Source: an uncultured Chloroflexia bacterium (lineage in GTDB: Bacteria; Chloroflexota; Limnocylindria; Limnocylindrales; CSP1-4). Taken from it: a stretch of DNA of 64,000 bases. Positions within the stretch are counted from its first letter, which is position 1; each line of letters begins with the position of its first letter. Shown here piece after piece: positions 19,129-28,342 of this stretch. The DNA is taken from contig CAVTMH010000003.1 of assembly GCA_963735785.1 (NCBI GenBank), positions 613,708 to 677,707 on the forward strand. Reading direction: 5' to 3'. The notes under the pieces are model-generated. The model saw only the letters and a list, made by a program, of their open reading frames with translations, was not told where the DNA came from and did no database searches. A program made the position numbers and the translations under genes.

Positions 19129-19925
19129 CGACCCCGAACAGCTCGCCTGTCCACGTCGAGCGCGTCGGTTCTGGGCCGCGAGTCATCCTCGTTCACGGCA
19201 GCATGCGGCACGGCTCCGTGTCGTTCGAGCCGCTACGTGTGTTGGCCGATCAGTACACCCTCGAATTCGTCGATCGGCGCGGATTCGGCCAAAGCATCCT
19301 GCGCGAGCATGGCGTCGACTTCGACCTCGACGCCGAGGACATTGCCGGATTGCTCGGCGACGGAGCGCACCTCATCGGTCACTCGTACGGTGGTGTCGTC
19401 GCGATCCTGGCCACCGCCCGACGCCCAGATGCCGTCCGGTCGCTCACCGTGATCGAGCCACCGTTCTTTGCCCTCGCCGCAGACCATCCGGCCGTTCGGA
19501 CGTTGCGAGAGCGCCTGGCCGACCTGTTCCCCGCTCCGACCGACATGGGACCCGGGCGCTGGCTCTCGATGTTCGCCGGTGGGCTCGGAAGCCGGGTGCC
19601 GCCAGAGCTGCCGTTCGGTGCGGACGAGGTCGCCGACATCCGCGCTTCGATGACGGAGCGCCCTCCGTGGGAGGCGTCCGTGGATCTCGCCTCGATCCGC
19701 TCGGCCGGGGTGCCGACGCTCGTGATCCGCGGGGACTGGTCAACCGACCCGCCGGCAGCGGCCATCGGCGGCGCGGCCTTCGGGGCGATCGCGGATGTGT
19801 TGGTGCGGGAGCTTGCGGCGACCAGTCTCGTCGCTCCCGGCGCGACGCACCGGCCGCAACTGGACCGCGCAGACCTGGTGGTGCCGCACGTCCGGGCCTT
19901 CCTGGATGCGGCGCGCGCTGGGTAG
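19125..19925 (+). CDS. Alpha/beta hydrolase
   Basis: VILVHGS…GHSYGG nucleophile elbow. GTG start overlaps the selD stop. Confidence 0.7.
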   Translation: MTTPNSSPVHVERVGSGPRVILVHGSMRHGSVSFEPLRVLADQYTLEFVDRRGFGQSILREHGVDFDLDAEDIAGLLGDGAHLIGHSYGGVVAILATARRPDAVRSLTVIEPPFFALAADHPAVRTLRERLADLFPAPTDMGPGRWLSMFAGGLGSRVPPELPFGADEVADIRASMTERPPWEASVDLASIRSAGVPTLVIRGDWSTDPPAAAIGGAAFGAIADVLVRELAATSLVAPGATHRPQLDRADLVVPHVRAFLDAARAG

Positions 19926-19984
19926 CTCCCGCACGGCCACCCGGCGCTACACTCCGTGGTAAACCCCCGCAGGAGGCCACCTGA

Positions 19985-21898
19985 GTGGCGAAACCCTACG
20001 TTCGACTGACCCAGCCGCTCGTGCGTGACACGAAGGGCGGCGAGCTGCGTCCCGCGACCTGGGACGAGGCGCTCGATCGCGTGGTCGAAGGGTTCGCGGC
20101 CGCCAAGGCGGCCCACGGCCCGACGACCTTCGGCACCTTCAGCTGCAGCAAGGCGACCAACGAGGTCAACTTCGCGGCCCAGAAGTTCAGCCGAGCGGTC
20201 CTGGGCAGCAACAACATCGACAGCTGCAACCGGACCTGACACGCCCCGAGCGTCGCCGGTCTGGCGACCGTGTTCGGTGCCGGTGGCGGCACAAGTTCAT
20301 ATCGTGAGGCAGAGGACACCGATCTGATCGTCCTGTGGGGCAGCAACGCCCGCGAGACGCATCCGATCTTCTTCCATCACGTCCTCAAGGCCGTCCACAA
20401 GGGCGCCCGCCTCTATGCGATCGATCCACGGCGGACGTCCAGCGCGGAGTGGGCCGACAGCTGGCTCGGGCTCGATGTCGGGTCGGACATCGCCCTCGCG
20501 AACGCCATGGCCCGCGAGATCATCGCCGCCGGCCTCGAGAACCGCGACTTCATCGAGCGAGCGACGGTCGACTTCGACGCCTACAAGGCCAAGGTCGAGA
20601 GCTACACGCTCGAATACGCGGAGGGGGAGACCGGCGTCCCGGCCGAGGCCATCCGGGAGCTCGCCCACGCCTTCGCACAGGCGCCGCGCGCGATGATCTG
20701 CTGGACCCTGGGGATCACCGAGCACCACAATGCGGTCGACAACGTCCTCGCGCTCATCTCGCTGGTCCTCCTGACCGGGCATGTCGGGCGCTACGGCAGC
20801 GGCGTCAATCCGTTGCGTGGCCAGAACAACGTCCAGGGTGGCGGCGACATGGGCGCTCTGCCGGACCGGCTGCCCGGGTTCCAGCACGTCGAGAACGACG
20901 AGCTGCGGGCCAAGTTCGATGCGGCCTGGGGGGTCAAGGTCCCGCCTCAACGCGGCTGGCACCTGTCGGGGATGTTCGACGCGATGGAGCGCGGCGACCT
21001 GACCGCTGTCTACTGCATCGGGGAGAACCCGGTCCAGTCGGAGGCGGACCAGAAACGCGCGATCCGCCTGCTCGAGGGGCTCGAGCTGCTCGTCGTGCAG
21101 GACCTGTTCCTGACCAGGACCGCCGAGCTCGCCGACGTCGTGCTGCCGGCCAGCGCGGCCTGGGCCGAAGGGGAAGGCACCGTCACCAACTCCGAGCGCC
21201 GCGTGCAGCGGGTGCGCGCGGCCGTTGCTCCGCCGCCGGGCGCCCGAGACGACCTGGCGATCATCTTCGAGCTCGCCAACCGCATGGGCGCCGACTGGGG
21301 CGAGGCGAACGCCGAGGGGGTCTGGGACGAGGTCCGCAGCCTCTCGCCGGTCCACGCCGGGATGAGCTACCGCCGCCTCGAGGAGCTCGGCGGGATCCAG
21401 TGGCCGTGTTACGACGACGACCACCCGGGCGAGCTGTTCCTGCATTCGCGGCTCTGGGAGGATCCGGTCCCGGGCAATCGCGTCCCGTTCGTGCCGGTCG
21501 ACCACGACCCACCGGTCGACAAGCTCACGACCGAATACCCCATCCGGCTCACGACCGGCCGGCGGCTGGACTCGTACAACACCGGCGTCCAGAGCGCCGG
21601 CTACACGTCGCCGCTGCGTCGTGGCGAGTCGCTCGACATCTCGCCGGAGGACCTGGCCTCCTACGGCCTGGCCGACGGGGAGCGGGTCCGCGTCATCTCG
21701 CGCCGTGGCGAGGTGGAGGTGCCGGTACGGCTCGATGGATCGCTGCGACCCGGGCTGACGTTCATGACCCTGCACTTCCAGGACGACGTGGCGACGAACC
21801 TCCTGACGATCGATGCGACCGACCCGAAGTCGGGCACGGCCGAATTCAAGGCCACGGCCATCCGGATCGAGAAGCTCGGGGCGCCTGTCCCGGCCTGA
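19985..21898 (+). CDS. fdhA: Formate dehydrogenase catalytic (molybdopterin, MopB) subunit, selenocysteine-containing, lacking the N-terminal [4Fe-4S] domain
   Basis: Track ORFs 19985..20239 and 20270..21898 are in the same frame, separated only by TGA at 20237-20239. Across the TGA the protein reads …NIDSCNRT-U-HAPSVAGLATVFGAGGG…, the canonical FdhF/FdnG C-x-R-x-U-H Sec motif. The remainder is a MopB domain. The protein begins at the equivalent of FdhF residue ~60, so the CxxCxxxC cluster domain is absent. Confidence 0.8.
20247..20275 (+). promoter_or_regulatory. SECIS-like hairpin immediately 3' of the UGA-Sec codon
   Basis: 12 nt after TGA: GTCGCC-GGTCT-GGCGAC (20252-20268). A 6-bp GC stem with apical loop GGUCU. 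As I recall the E. coli fdhF SECIS, its apical loop is GGUC-containing as well. Confidence 0.6.
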
Positions 21899-21909
21899 GG
21901 AGGATCACG

Positions 21910-22851
21910 ATGGCGACGGCACTGTCGGCGTTCCACGTAACCCGCGAGCAGTTCCACCTCGCGTGGGATCCGGCGATCCCCCCGATCGCCACGGTCGTCT
22001 CGGGCAGCACGGTCACGTTCGACTGCCTCGACGCGAGCGGCGGGCAGCTGACGGCGACATCGACACTCGACGACCTCGCCCGCCTCGACTTCGATCGCGT
22101 CGACCAGGTGAACGGGCCCATCGCGGTCGAGGGCGCCGAGACCGGCGACACCCTGCAGGTCGACCTGCTGGACTTCCGACCCGCCGATTGGGGCTGGACA
22201 GCGAGTATCCCTGGGTTCGGACTGCTCGCCGACGAATTCCCGGATCCCGCGCTGCGCATCACGCCGCTGCCGTCGGTGGGCAGCCGCGCCGAGTTCCTGC
22301 CGGGCATCCGGCTGCCGATCATCCCGTTCTGCGGCGAGGTCGGTGTGGCGCCGGCAGACGGGCCGCGCTCCACGATCCCACCGGACGTCCATGGCGGGAA
22401 CATGGACACCCGCCACCTGACCGCGGGCGCTACGTTGTTCCTGCCGGTATTCCACGACGGCGCGCGCCTGAGCGTCGGAGATGGCCACGCCGCGCAGGGC
22501 GACGGCGAGGTGTGCGGGACGGCGATCGAGACCCCGATGCACGCGACGCTCCGGCTGACCGTCCGCAAGGACCTGCACCTGACGGCGCCCGAGTTCCTGA
22601 CGGCACCCGGAGACGCGGCCGAGCGCCCCGTCGGCCGACGGTACGCGACCGACGGGGTCGGGCCCGACCTGATGACGGCGGCTCGGGATGCCACCCGCCG
22701 GATGATCGACTGGCTCGGCCGTGAGCACGGCCTCGCGCCGATCGATGCCTACCTGCTGTCCAGCGTCGCCGTCGATCTACGGATCAGCGAGATCGTGGAC
22801 ATGCCGAATGTCATCGTCACCGCCCACTGTCCGCTGGCGATCTTCGACTGA
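21910..22851 (+). CDS. Formamidase / acetamidase family amidohydrolase (FmdA_AmdA)
   Basis: ATG 9 nt after GAGGAGG. Sequence (…GPIAVEGAETGDTLQVDLLD…HGGNMDTRHLTAGATLFLPV…GDGHAAQGDGEV…) resembles the acetamidase/formamidase family as I recall it. The 838-aa track ORF 20335..22851 is an alternate-frame artefact. Confidence 0.7.
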   Translation: MATALSAFHVTREQFHLAWDPAIPPIATVVSGSTVTFDCLDASGGQLTATSTLDDLARLDFDRVDQVNGPIAVEGAETGDTLQVDLLDFRPADWGWTASIPGFGLLADEFPDPALRITPLPSVGSRAEFLPGIRLPIIPFCGEVGVAPADGPRSTIPPDVHGGNMDTRHLTAGATLFLPVFHDGARLSVGDGHAAQGDGEVCGTAIETPMHATLRLTVRKDLHLTAPEFLTAPGDAAERPVGRRYATDGVGPDLMTAARDATRRMIDWLGREHGLAPIDAYLLSSVAVDLRISEIVDMPNVIVTAHCPLAIFD

Positions 22852-22861
22852 TCCTCGCGGA

Positions 22862-24337
22862 TCAGCCGTCAGTCATCACGTCGCCGACACGCGTCAGGGC
22901 GTCCGGGGTCCGGCTCCTGACCACGAAGTAGGCGACGACCCCGATGATCATCCAGATCAGGACGAGCAGCGGGACGATGTCGAAGGGCTGGGCGAGCGGA
23001 TCGAGATCGATGTCGAGGATCGGGATCGTCAGGCCGCCGAGGACGCCGAGGAACGCGGGGATCAGCAGCACGATGCCGAGGATGGGTACCACGAGGTGCT
23101 TGATGGGCGAGAAGTCCTCCCTCCGTTCGCCCATGTAGAACCCGATGACTGCGAGGTTGACCGCGACGTACATGCCGGCAAACAGCAGGCCGAGGGCATA
23201 CCCGATCCAGACGTAGGTCGTGAGCGGGCCACCCAGCGGCTGGCCCTGGAAGACGAGCCCGAGTACGACCGCAAGCCCGATTCCGAGGATGCCCTGGAAA
23301 TGGACGGCATTCATCGGCGTCCGGTAGGTCTCATGGATGACGGCGAACCAGCGCGGCAGCAGGCGCACGCGGCCCAGGGAGAAGATCACCCGGGTCGAGG
23401 CGTTCGCACCGGCGCTTGCGTTGGCGAGGCAGCTGTTGAGGATCGCGAAGATCACGAGCAGTCCGCCGATGCCGGGCAGGACCTCGTTCGCCATCCCGCT
23501 CCAGGGATCGCCATCGTTGAACGCGAGGAAGTCGCCCATCCGTTCCGGTCCGAAGTAGACGGTCGCCGCGTACATGTTGAACGCGTAGAACAGGCCGATG
23601 AGGACCGCCGACAGGAGGACCGCCCGACGGATGGTGCGCTTCGGGTCGCGGGTCTCCTCGGCCAGCGGTGCCGCTGCCTCGAAGCCGACAAAGGCGAGCA
23701 GGCAGAACACCATGCCCTGCAACGCGGGCTTGAAACCGTCCGCGCCCGGGGTGAACACCGAGAGCGTGTTCCTGTCGCCGGCATTCACGATGAGCAGGAA
23801 CGACACCAGCAGGAAGATGCCGATCTCGATCAGGCCGAGGGCGACGCCCACACGCGTCGACAGTGAGATGCCGCGATACACGAGCCACCACACGAGCAGG
23901 CCGCAGCCGACCGCGAGCGGCAGCCACAACAGGTCGTTCGAGAACCCCGTCAGCGTCGTGATCAGGGATGCGCCGAACAACCCGAACGCCGCGAACAGTG
24001 CCGCCGGGACGACGGGCTCGGCGAGCAGGAACGCCCACGCCATCAGCCATCCCGCGAACGAACCGAGACCGCGGGCAACGTACGTGTACATGCCACCCGC
24101 CGATGGCAGGTAGCGCGCAAGCTCCCCGATCGAATAGGCCGTGAACACGGCCGCGACGAGGGCGAGCACGACGGCGAGGGGCGCGTTGCCGGCGGCGAAG
24201 ATCGTGGCGGCCCCGATCGAGAGGGCCGTCGCGACCGCCGGCGCCATGTGCGTGATCGACTGGAACAGGACCTCGGTGAGGCCGATGGCCCCACGTTCGA
24301 GGGTTTGACCGCCAGGGTCGGACGCAGACGAGGACAT
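22862..24337 (-). CDS. APC superfamily amino acid/amide permease
   Basis: 12 predicted TM helices. Start MSSSASDPGG at 24337 is preceded by GGAGGAG. Confidence 0.75.
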   Translation of the reverse strand: MSSSASDPGGQTLERGAIGLTEVLFQSITHMAPAVATALSIGAATIFAAGNAPLAVVLALVAAVFTAYSIGELARYLPSAGGMYTYVARGLGSFAGWLMAWAFLLAEPVVPAALFAAFGLFGASLITTLTGFSNDLLWLPLAVGCGLLVWWLVYRGISLSTRVGVALGLIEIGIFLLVSFLLIVNAGDRNTLSVFTPGADGFKPALQGMVFCLLAFVGFEAAAPLAEETRDPKRTIRRAVLLSAVLIGLFYAFNMYAATVYFGPERMGDFLAFNDGDPWSGMANEVLPGIGGLLVIFAILNSCLANASAGANASTRVIFSLGRVRLLPRWFAVIHETYRTPMNAVHFQGILGIGLAVVLGLVFQGQPLGGPLTTYVWIGYALGLLFAGMYVAVNLAVIGFYMGERREDFSPIKHLVVPILGIVLLIPAFLGVLGGLTIPILDIDLDPLAQPFDIVPLLVLIWMIIGVVAYFVVRSRTPDALTRVGDVMTDG

Positions 24338-24500
24338 GACTCCTCCCTCTCCACCGGCGTGCACCGCGCGGCCACCCCTCCGCCCTCCGGGCACGCGTCA
24401 GGTGCATCCTACGGCGCAACCGAGTCACTGGAGCTGCGGAATCGCAGCGAACCGACGGGCAGGCGTAGAGTCTGTCGGGCCACGCGAAGAGAGGTCGCTG

Positions 24501-25358
24501 ATGGGATCCGAGGCGCGACCAGGATCGACGGTCGACGGGTCGACGGCGCAGGACGACGCCGCGCCGGACGAGGCGCCGGGCCTGGCCGCGCCGATCGTTT
24601 CGGATCCGCAGTGGCGGGCCATCCTGGAGGGCACCGCCGGCGGGTTCGGCTCCGGACGGCGGATCCTTCGACACATCCCGAGCTCACCGCGCTGCAAGCT
24701 CTGTGCGGCGCCCTTCGCCGGGCTCGGGGGGCGGGCGATGCGGCTGATCGATCGCGGCCCCTGGGAAAAGAATCCGACCATCTGCGGCTTCTGCTTCAAG
24801 GAGCTGGAGCGCGACCGCGGCGGCGCCGAGATCACCCTCACGCTGCTGTTCGCCGATATCCGTGGCTCGACGACGCTGGCTGAATCGATGGAGCCGGGGG
24901 CCTTCCACGGGCTGATGGGCCGCTTCTACCACGAGGTGACCGAGGTCCTCGTCGCGCACGATGCCGTCGTCGACAAGTTCGTCGGTGACGAGGTCGTGGC
25001 CCTCTTCATCCCCGCCCTCACCGGGGAAGGGCACGCCGGTCGCGCGGTGCAGGCCGCGCGCGAGCTGCTCCGGGTGACGGGTCATGCCGGTCCCGGGAAT
25101 CCATGGGCCCCGCTCGGGATCGGCATCCACACGGGTCAGGCCTATGTCGGTACGATCGGCGATGCCGTGACCGACTTCACCGCGCTCGGCGACACCGTGA
25201 ACGTCACCGCGAGACTGGCCTCGGCCGCCGCCGCGGGCGAGATCCTTGTCAGCGCCGACGCGTCGGCGCTCGCGGGCCTCGAATCCGATCTCGAAGCACG
25301 CAACCTGACCCTTCGGGGGCGACAGCAACCGCTCGACGTCCGCGTCATCCGAATCTGA
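24501..25358 (+). CDS. Adenylate/guanylate cyclase (class III) domain protein with N-terminal Cys4 zinc-ribbon-like motif
   Basis: C-terminal LTLLFADIRGSTTLAE…FVGDEVVALF…TGQAYVGTIGD cyclase motifs. N-terminal CKLC…CGFC. Confidence 0.7.
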   Translation: MGSEARPGSTVDGSTAQDDAAPDEAPGLAAPIVSDPQWRAILEGTAGGFGSGRRILRHIPSSPRCKLCAAPFAGLGGRAMRLIDRGPWEKNPTICGFCFKELERDRGGAEITLTLLFADIRGSTTLAESMEPGAFHGLMGRFYHEVTEVLVAHDAVVDKFVGDEVVALFIPALTGEGHAGRAVQAARELLRVTGHAGPGNPWAPLGIGIHTGQAYVGTIGDAVTDFTALGDTVNVTARLASAAAAGEILVSADASALAGLESDLEARNLTLRGRQQPLDVRVIRI

Positions 25359-25388
25359 CGCGGGCCCGCATCGCTACACTCGACGGCG

Positions 25389-27236
25389 ATGGACCTGCAT
25401 GTCATCGGGCCGCTCGCCTCCCCCGCCGAGCGCGCAGCGGTCGATGCCGTCCTCGGGCCTCCGGAGTCGGGCTGGGTCGGTGGTGCTCGACGACCGGGGA
25501 TCGATGGCCACGCTGCCCGCGGCGGCCACGCCCTCCGGGCCAGGCGTTCACAGCTGCTGCCGGCCCTCCACGCCGTCCAGGACCGGATCGGCTGGATCAG
25601 CCAGCCCGCGCTCAACTACATCTCGCGGCGTCTGGCCGTGCCACCCGCGGAGGCGTACGGCGTCGCGACGTTCTACGCCCTGTACTCGACGACGCCCAGG
25701 CCGCCGGTCGTCGCCCATGTCTGCGACGACATCGCCTGCCGGCTCGCCGGGGCGGAGCGGATCTGCGCGGACGTCGAGCGTTCGGTCGGGCGGGCAGATG
25801 AGGCCGCACGTGACGGCGAGGTCGGCTGGCTTCGCTCGCCGTGCCTGGGACTGTGCGACTTGGCCCCCGCGGCGATGATCACCAGGGCTGGGGACACGGC
25901 TACAGCGGTGACCGCGGCGCCCGTGGACGCGGCGGGGATCGTCGCACGTCTCGACGGGACCACGGTCACGCGTCCGGCCGTGCCGGCACGGCAGGCCGGC
26001 GACCCGTCGCTCCGGCTGCTCCGGCGAGTCGGCGTCGTCGACCCATCGTCTCTCGATGACTACCGTTCCGGCGGCGGCTATGCCGGCCTTGCCAGGGCCA
26101 TCGAGATCGGAGCGGACGCGGTCATCGGCGAGGTGACGGCGTCGAAGCTCATGGGTCGCGGCGGCGCGGCCTTCCCGACAGGCCGCAAGTGGGCGGCTGT
26201 CGCATCCCAGCCCGCCCGGCCGCACTACCTCGTCTGCAACGCCGACGAATCGGAACCTGGCACCTTCAAGGACCGGGTCCTCCTCGAGGGCGACCCATTC
26301 GCGATCGTGGAGGCGATGACGATCGCCGCGTTCGCGACCGGCGCGGCGCAGGGATACATCTACATCCGCGGGGAGTACCCCGAGGCCGAGGAACGCATGA
26401 GCAACGCGATCTCGACCGCGCGGGACGCCGGTCTCCTTGGACCCGACATCCACGGGTCAGGGTTCGCGTTCGACATCGAATTGCGACGTGGCGCCGGGGC
26501 CTACATCTGCGGCGAGGAGACGGCGCTCTTCGAATCGATCGAGGGCAAGCGCGGCGAGCCGCGCAACAAGCCACCGTTCCCGGTCGAGGTCGGGCTCTTC
26601 GGCAAGCCCACGGTCGTCAACAACGTCGAGACGCTCGCCAACATCCCGCTCATCCTCGAGATGGGTGGCGAGGCCTATGCACGGATCGGCACGGAGGACT
26701 CGACCGGGCCGCGGCTGTTCTGCCTGTCCGGCCACGTCGAGCGGCCCGGCGTCTACGAGGTCGAGTTCGGCGCGACCCTGCGCGACCTCATCGAGCTCGC
26801 CGGTGGCGTGAGCGGTGGTCGCGGCATCCGGGCGATCCTGCTCGGCGGGGCGGCCGGGGTCTTCGTCGGGCCGGACGCCCTCGACATGCCCCTCACGTTC
26901 GAGGCGACCCGGGCCGCCGGCGCGACGCTCGGGTCGGGCGTGATCATGGTCTTCGACGAGAGCGTCGACCTCGTCGACACGCTCCGGCGCATCGCCCAGT
27001 TCTTCCGCGACGAGTCGTGCGGCCAGTGCGTGCCCTGTCGGGTCGGGAGCGTGCGCCAGGAAGAGTTGCTCGCCCGTCTCGCGGCCGGCTCGGGTGTGCG
27101 GTCGCGGGACGAGGAGATGGTCCTGCTCCGGGACATCGGCCAGGTCATGCGTGACGCATCGATCTGTGGCCTCGGCCAGACGGCGTCGTCGGCGATCGAG
27201 TCCGCTCTGCGGCAGCCGGAGCTGGTGGCGCTGTGA
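25389..27236 (+). CDS. NADH:quinone oxidoreductase subunits E+F fused (NuoE-like [2Fe-2S] thioredoxin-like domain + NuoF-like NAD/FMN/[4Fe-4S] domain); likely diaphorase module of an NAD-linked formate dehydrogenase
   Basis: N-terminal LLPALHAVQDRIGWISQPALNYISRRLAVPPAEAYGVATFYALY…HVCDDIAC (NuoE/HoxF-N). C-terminal GRGGAAFPTGRKW…LVCNADESEPGTFKDR…ESCGQCVPCR…ICGLGQTA (NuoF). Confidence 0.8.
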   Translation: MDLHVIGPLASPAERAAVDAVLGPPESGWVGGARRPGIDGHAARGGHALRARRSQLLPALHAVQDRIGWISQPALNYISRRLAVPPAEAYGVATFYALYSTTPRPPVVAHVCDDIACRLAGAERICADVERSVGRADEAARDGEVGWLRSPCLGLCDLAPAAMITRAGDTATAVTAAPVDAAGIVARLDGTTVTRPAVPARQAGDPSLRLLRRVGVVDPSSLDDYRSGGGYAGLARAIEIGADAVIGEVTASKLMGRGGAAFPTGRKWAAVASQPARPHYLVCNADESEPGTFKDRVLLEGDPFAIVEAMTIAAFATGAAQGYIYIRGEYPEAEERMSNAISTARDAGLLGPDIHGSGFAFDIELRRGAGAYICGEETALFESIEGKRGEPRNKPPFPVEVGLFGKPTVVNNVETLANIPLILEMGGEAYARIGTEDSTGPRLFCLSGHVERPGVYEVEFGATLRDLIELAGGVSGGRGIRAILLGGAAGVFVGPDALDMPLTFEATRAAGATLGSGVIMVFDESVDLVDTLRRIAQFFRDESCGQCVPCRVGSVRQEELLARLAAGSGVRSRDEEMVLLRDIGQVMRDASICGLGQTASSAIESALRQPELVAL

Positions 27237-28333
27237 GCGAGGACACGCGGGGCCTGTCCATGAGCCGCGACCCCGCTCCGGACCCACACACCCCGCACGG
27301 CGGCCAGGCGCCGGCCGCCCAACCGCTGACGGAGATCATCCTGCGCCCGCCCGCGCGGCCGTCGCGCCCGCCAGCGCCACCGCACGTCGACGCGCCGCCG
27401 GACATCGAGCTCTCGATCGACGGCGTCTCGGTGGTCGTCCCCGAAGGCACGACGATCCTAGGCGCGTGCCGACAGCAGGGTGTCGACACGCCGACGCTCT
27501 GCTACGCGGACAACCTCGCGCCGGTCAACGTCTGCCGCGTCTGTGTCGTCGAGGTGACCGGGTCACGCGTCCTGGTGCCCGCCTGCTCGCGCAAGGTCGA
27601 GGCCGGGATGGAGGTGCAGACCGACTCGGAGCGCGTCCGCCTGTCGCGCAAGGTCGTGCTCGAGTTCCTGGGCTCCTCGGTCGACGTGTCGCTCGCTGGT
27701 CCCGCGGTGCCGGACGGGACGATCCACTCGTACATGCGGCGGTACGGCGCGGACCCGGCCCGGTATGGGCCGCCGGCCCCACCAGCCGCAGCCGGCGAGC
27801 GGGACGACCGGACTCCCGGACACCATCACGTCCCCGAGGGAGCCGCCGTGGCTGCCACCGTCGCCCAGCCCACCAAGATCGACAACGACCTGTACGTCCG
27901 CGACTACTCGAAGTGCATCCTCTGCTACAAGTGCGTCGAGGCGTGCGGTGAGGATGCCCAGAACACCTTTGCGATCGCGGTCGCCGGGCGCGGCTTCGAT
28001 GCCCGTATCTCGACCGAGCAGGCCGTGCCATTGCCCGAGTCGGCGTGCGTCTACTGCGGCAACTGCATCGGCGTGTGCCCGACCGGCGCGCTGATGGCCA
28101 AGCCCGAATACGACATGCGCGAGGCGGGCACGTGGGACGAGTCGACCCAGACCGTGACCTCGACCATCTGCCCGTACTGTGGCGTCGGGTGCGTGCTGGA
28201 CCTCCACGTCCAGGACGACCGCATCCTGAAGGTGACGTCCCCGCTGGACTCGTCCGTGACGGACGGCCACCTCTGCGTGAAGGGCCGCTTCGGCTTCGAG
28301 TTCGTGAACGAGCGCCCCAAGCCCGGGGCCTGA
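27233..28333 (+). CDS. NuoG-N-terminal-like Fe-S protein ([2Fe-2S] ferredoxin + 2x[4Fe-4S] + MopB-type N-terminal [4Fe-4S] domain) without molybdopterin domain; probable Fe-S partner of the split fdhA
   Basis: GTG overlaps the preceding stop (GTGA). CYADNLAPVNVCRVCVVEV…C (2Fe-2S). CILCYKCVEAC and CVYCGNCIGVCP (ferredoxin clusters). C-terminal CPYCGVGCVLDLHV…GHLCVKGRFGFEFVN is the equivalent of the first ~55 residues of FdhF/FdsA missing from fdhA. Ends directly after this domain. Confidence 0.75.
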   Translation: MSEDTRGLSMSRDPAPDPHTPHGGQAPAAQPLTEIILRPPARPSRPPAPPHVDAPPDIELSIDGVSVVVPEGTTILGACRQQGVDTPTLCYADNLAPVNVCRVCVVEVTGSRVLVPACSRKVEAGMEVQTDSERVRLSRKVVLEFLGSSVDVSLAGPAVPDGTIHSYMRRYGADPARYGPPAPPAAAGERDDRTPGHHHVPEGAAVAATVAQPTKIDNDLYVRDYSKCILCYKCVEACGEDAQNTFAIAVAGRGFDARISTEQAVPLPESACVYCGNCIGVCPTGALMAKPEYDMREAGTWDESTQTVTSTICPYCGVGCVLDLHVQDDRILKVTSPLDSSVTDGHLCVKGRFGFEFVNERPKPGA

Positions 28334-28342
28334 TCCGCGGGT

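Noticed and set aside
20335-22851. 838-aa ORF spanning fdhA and the formamidase in another frame
   Set aside because: Arg/Pro/Gly-rich low-complexity translation typical of off-frame reading of 70% GC DNA. It overlaps two genes with clear homology.
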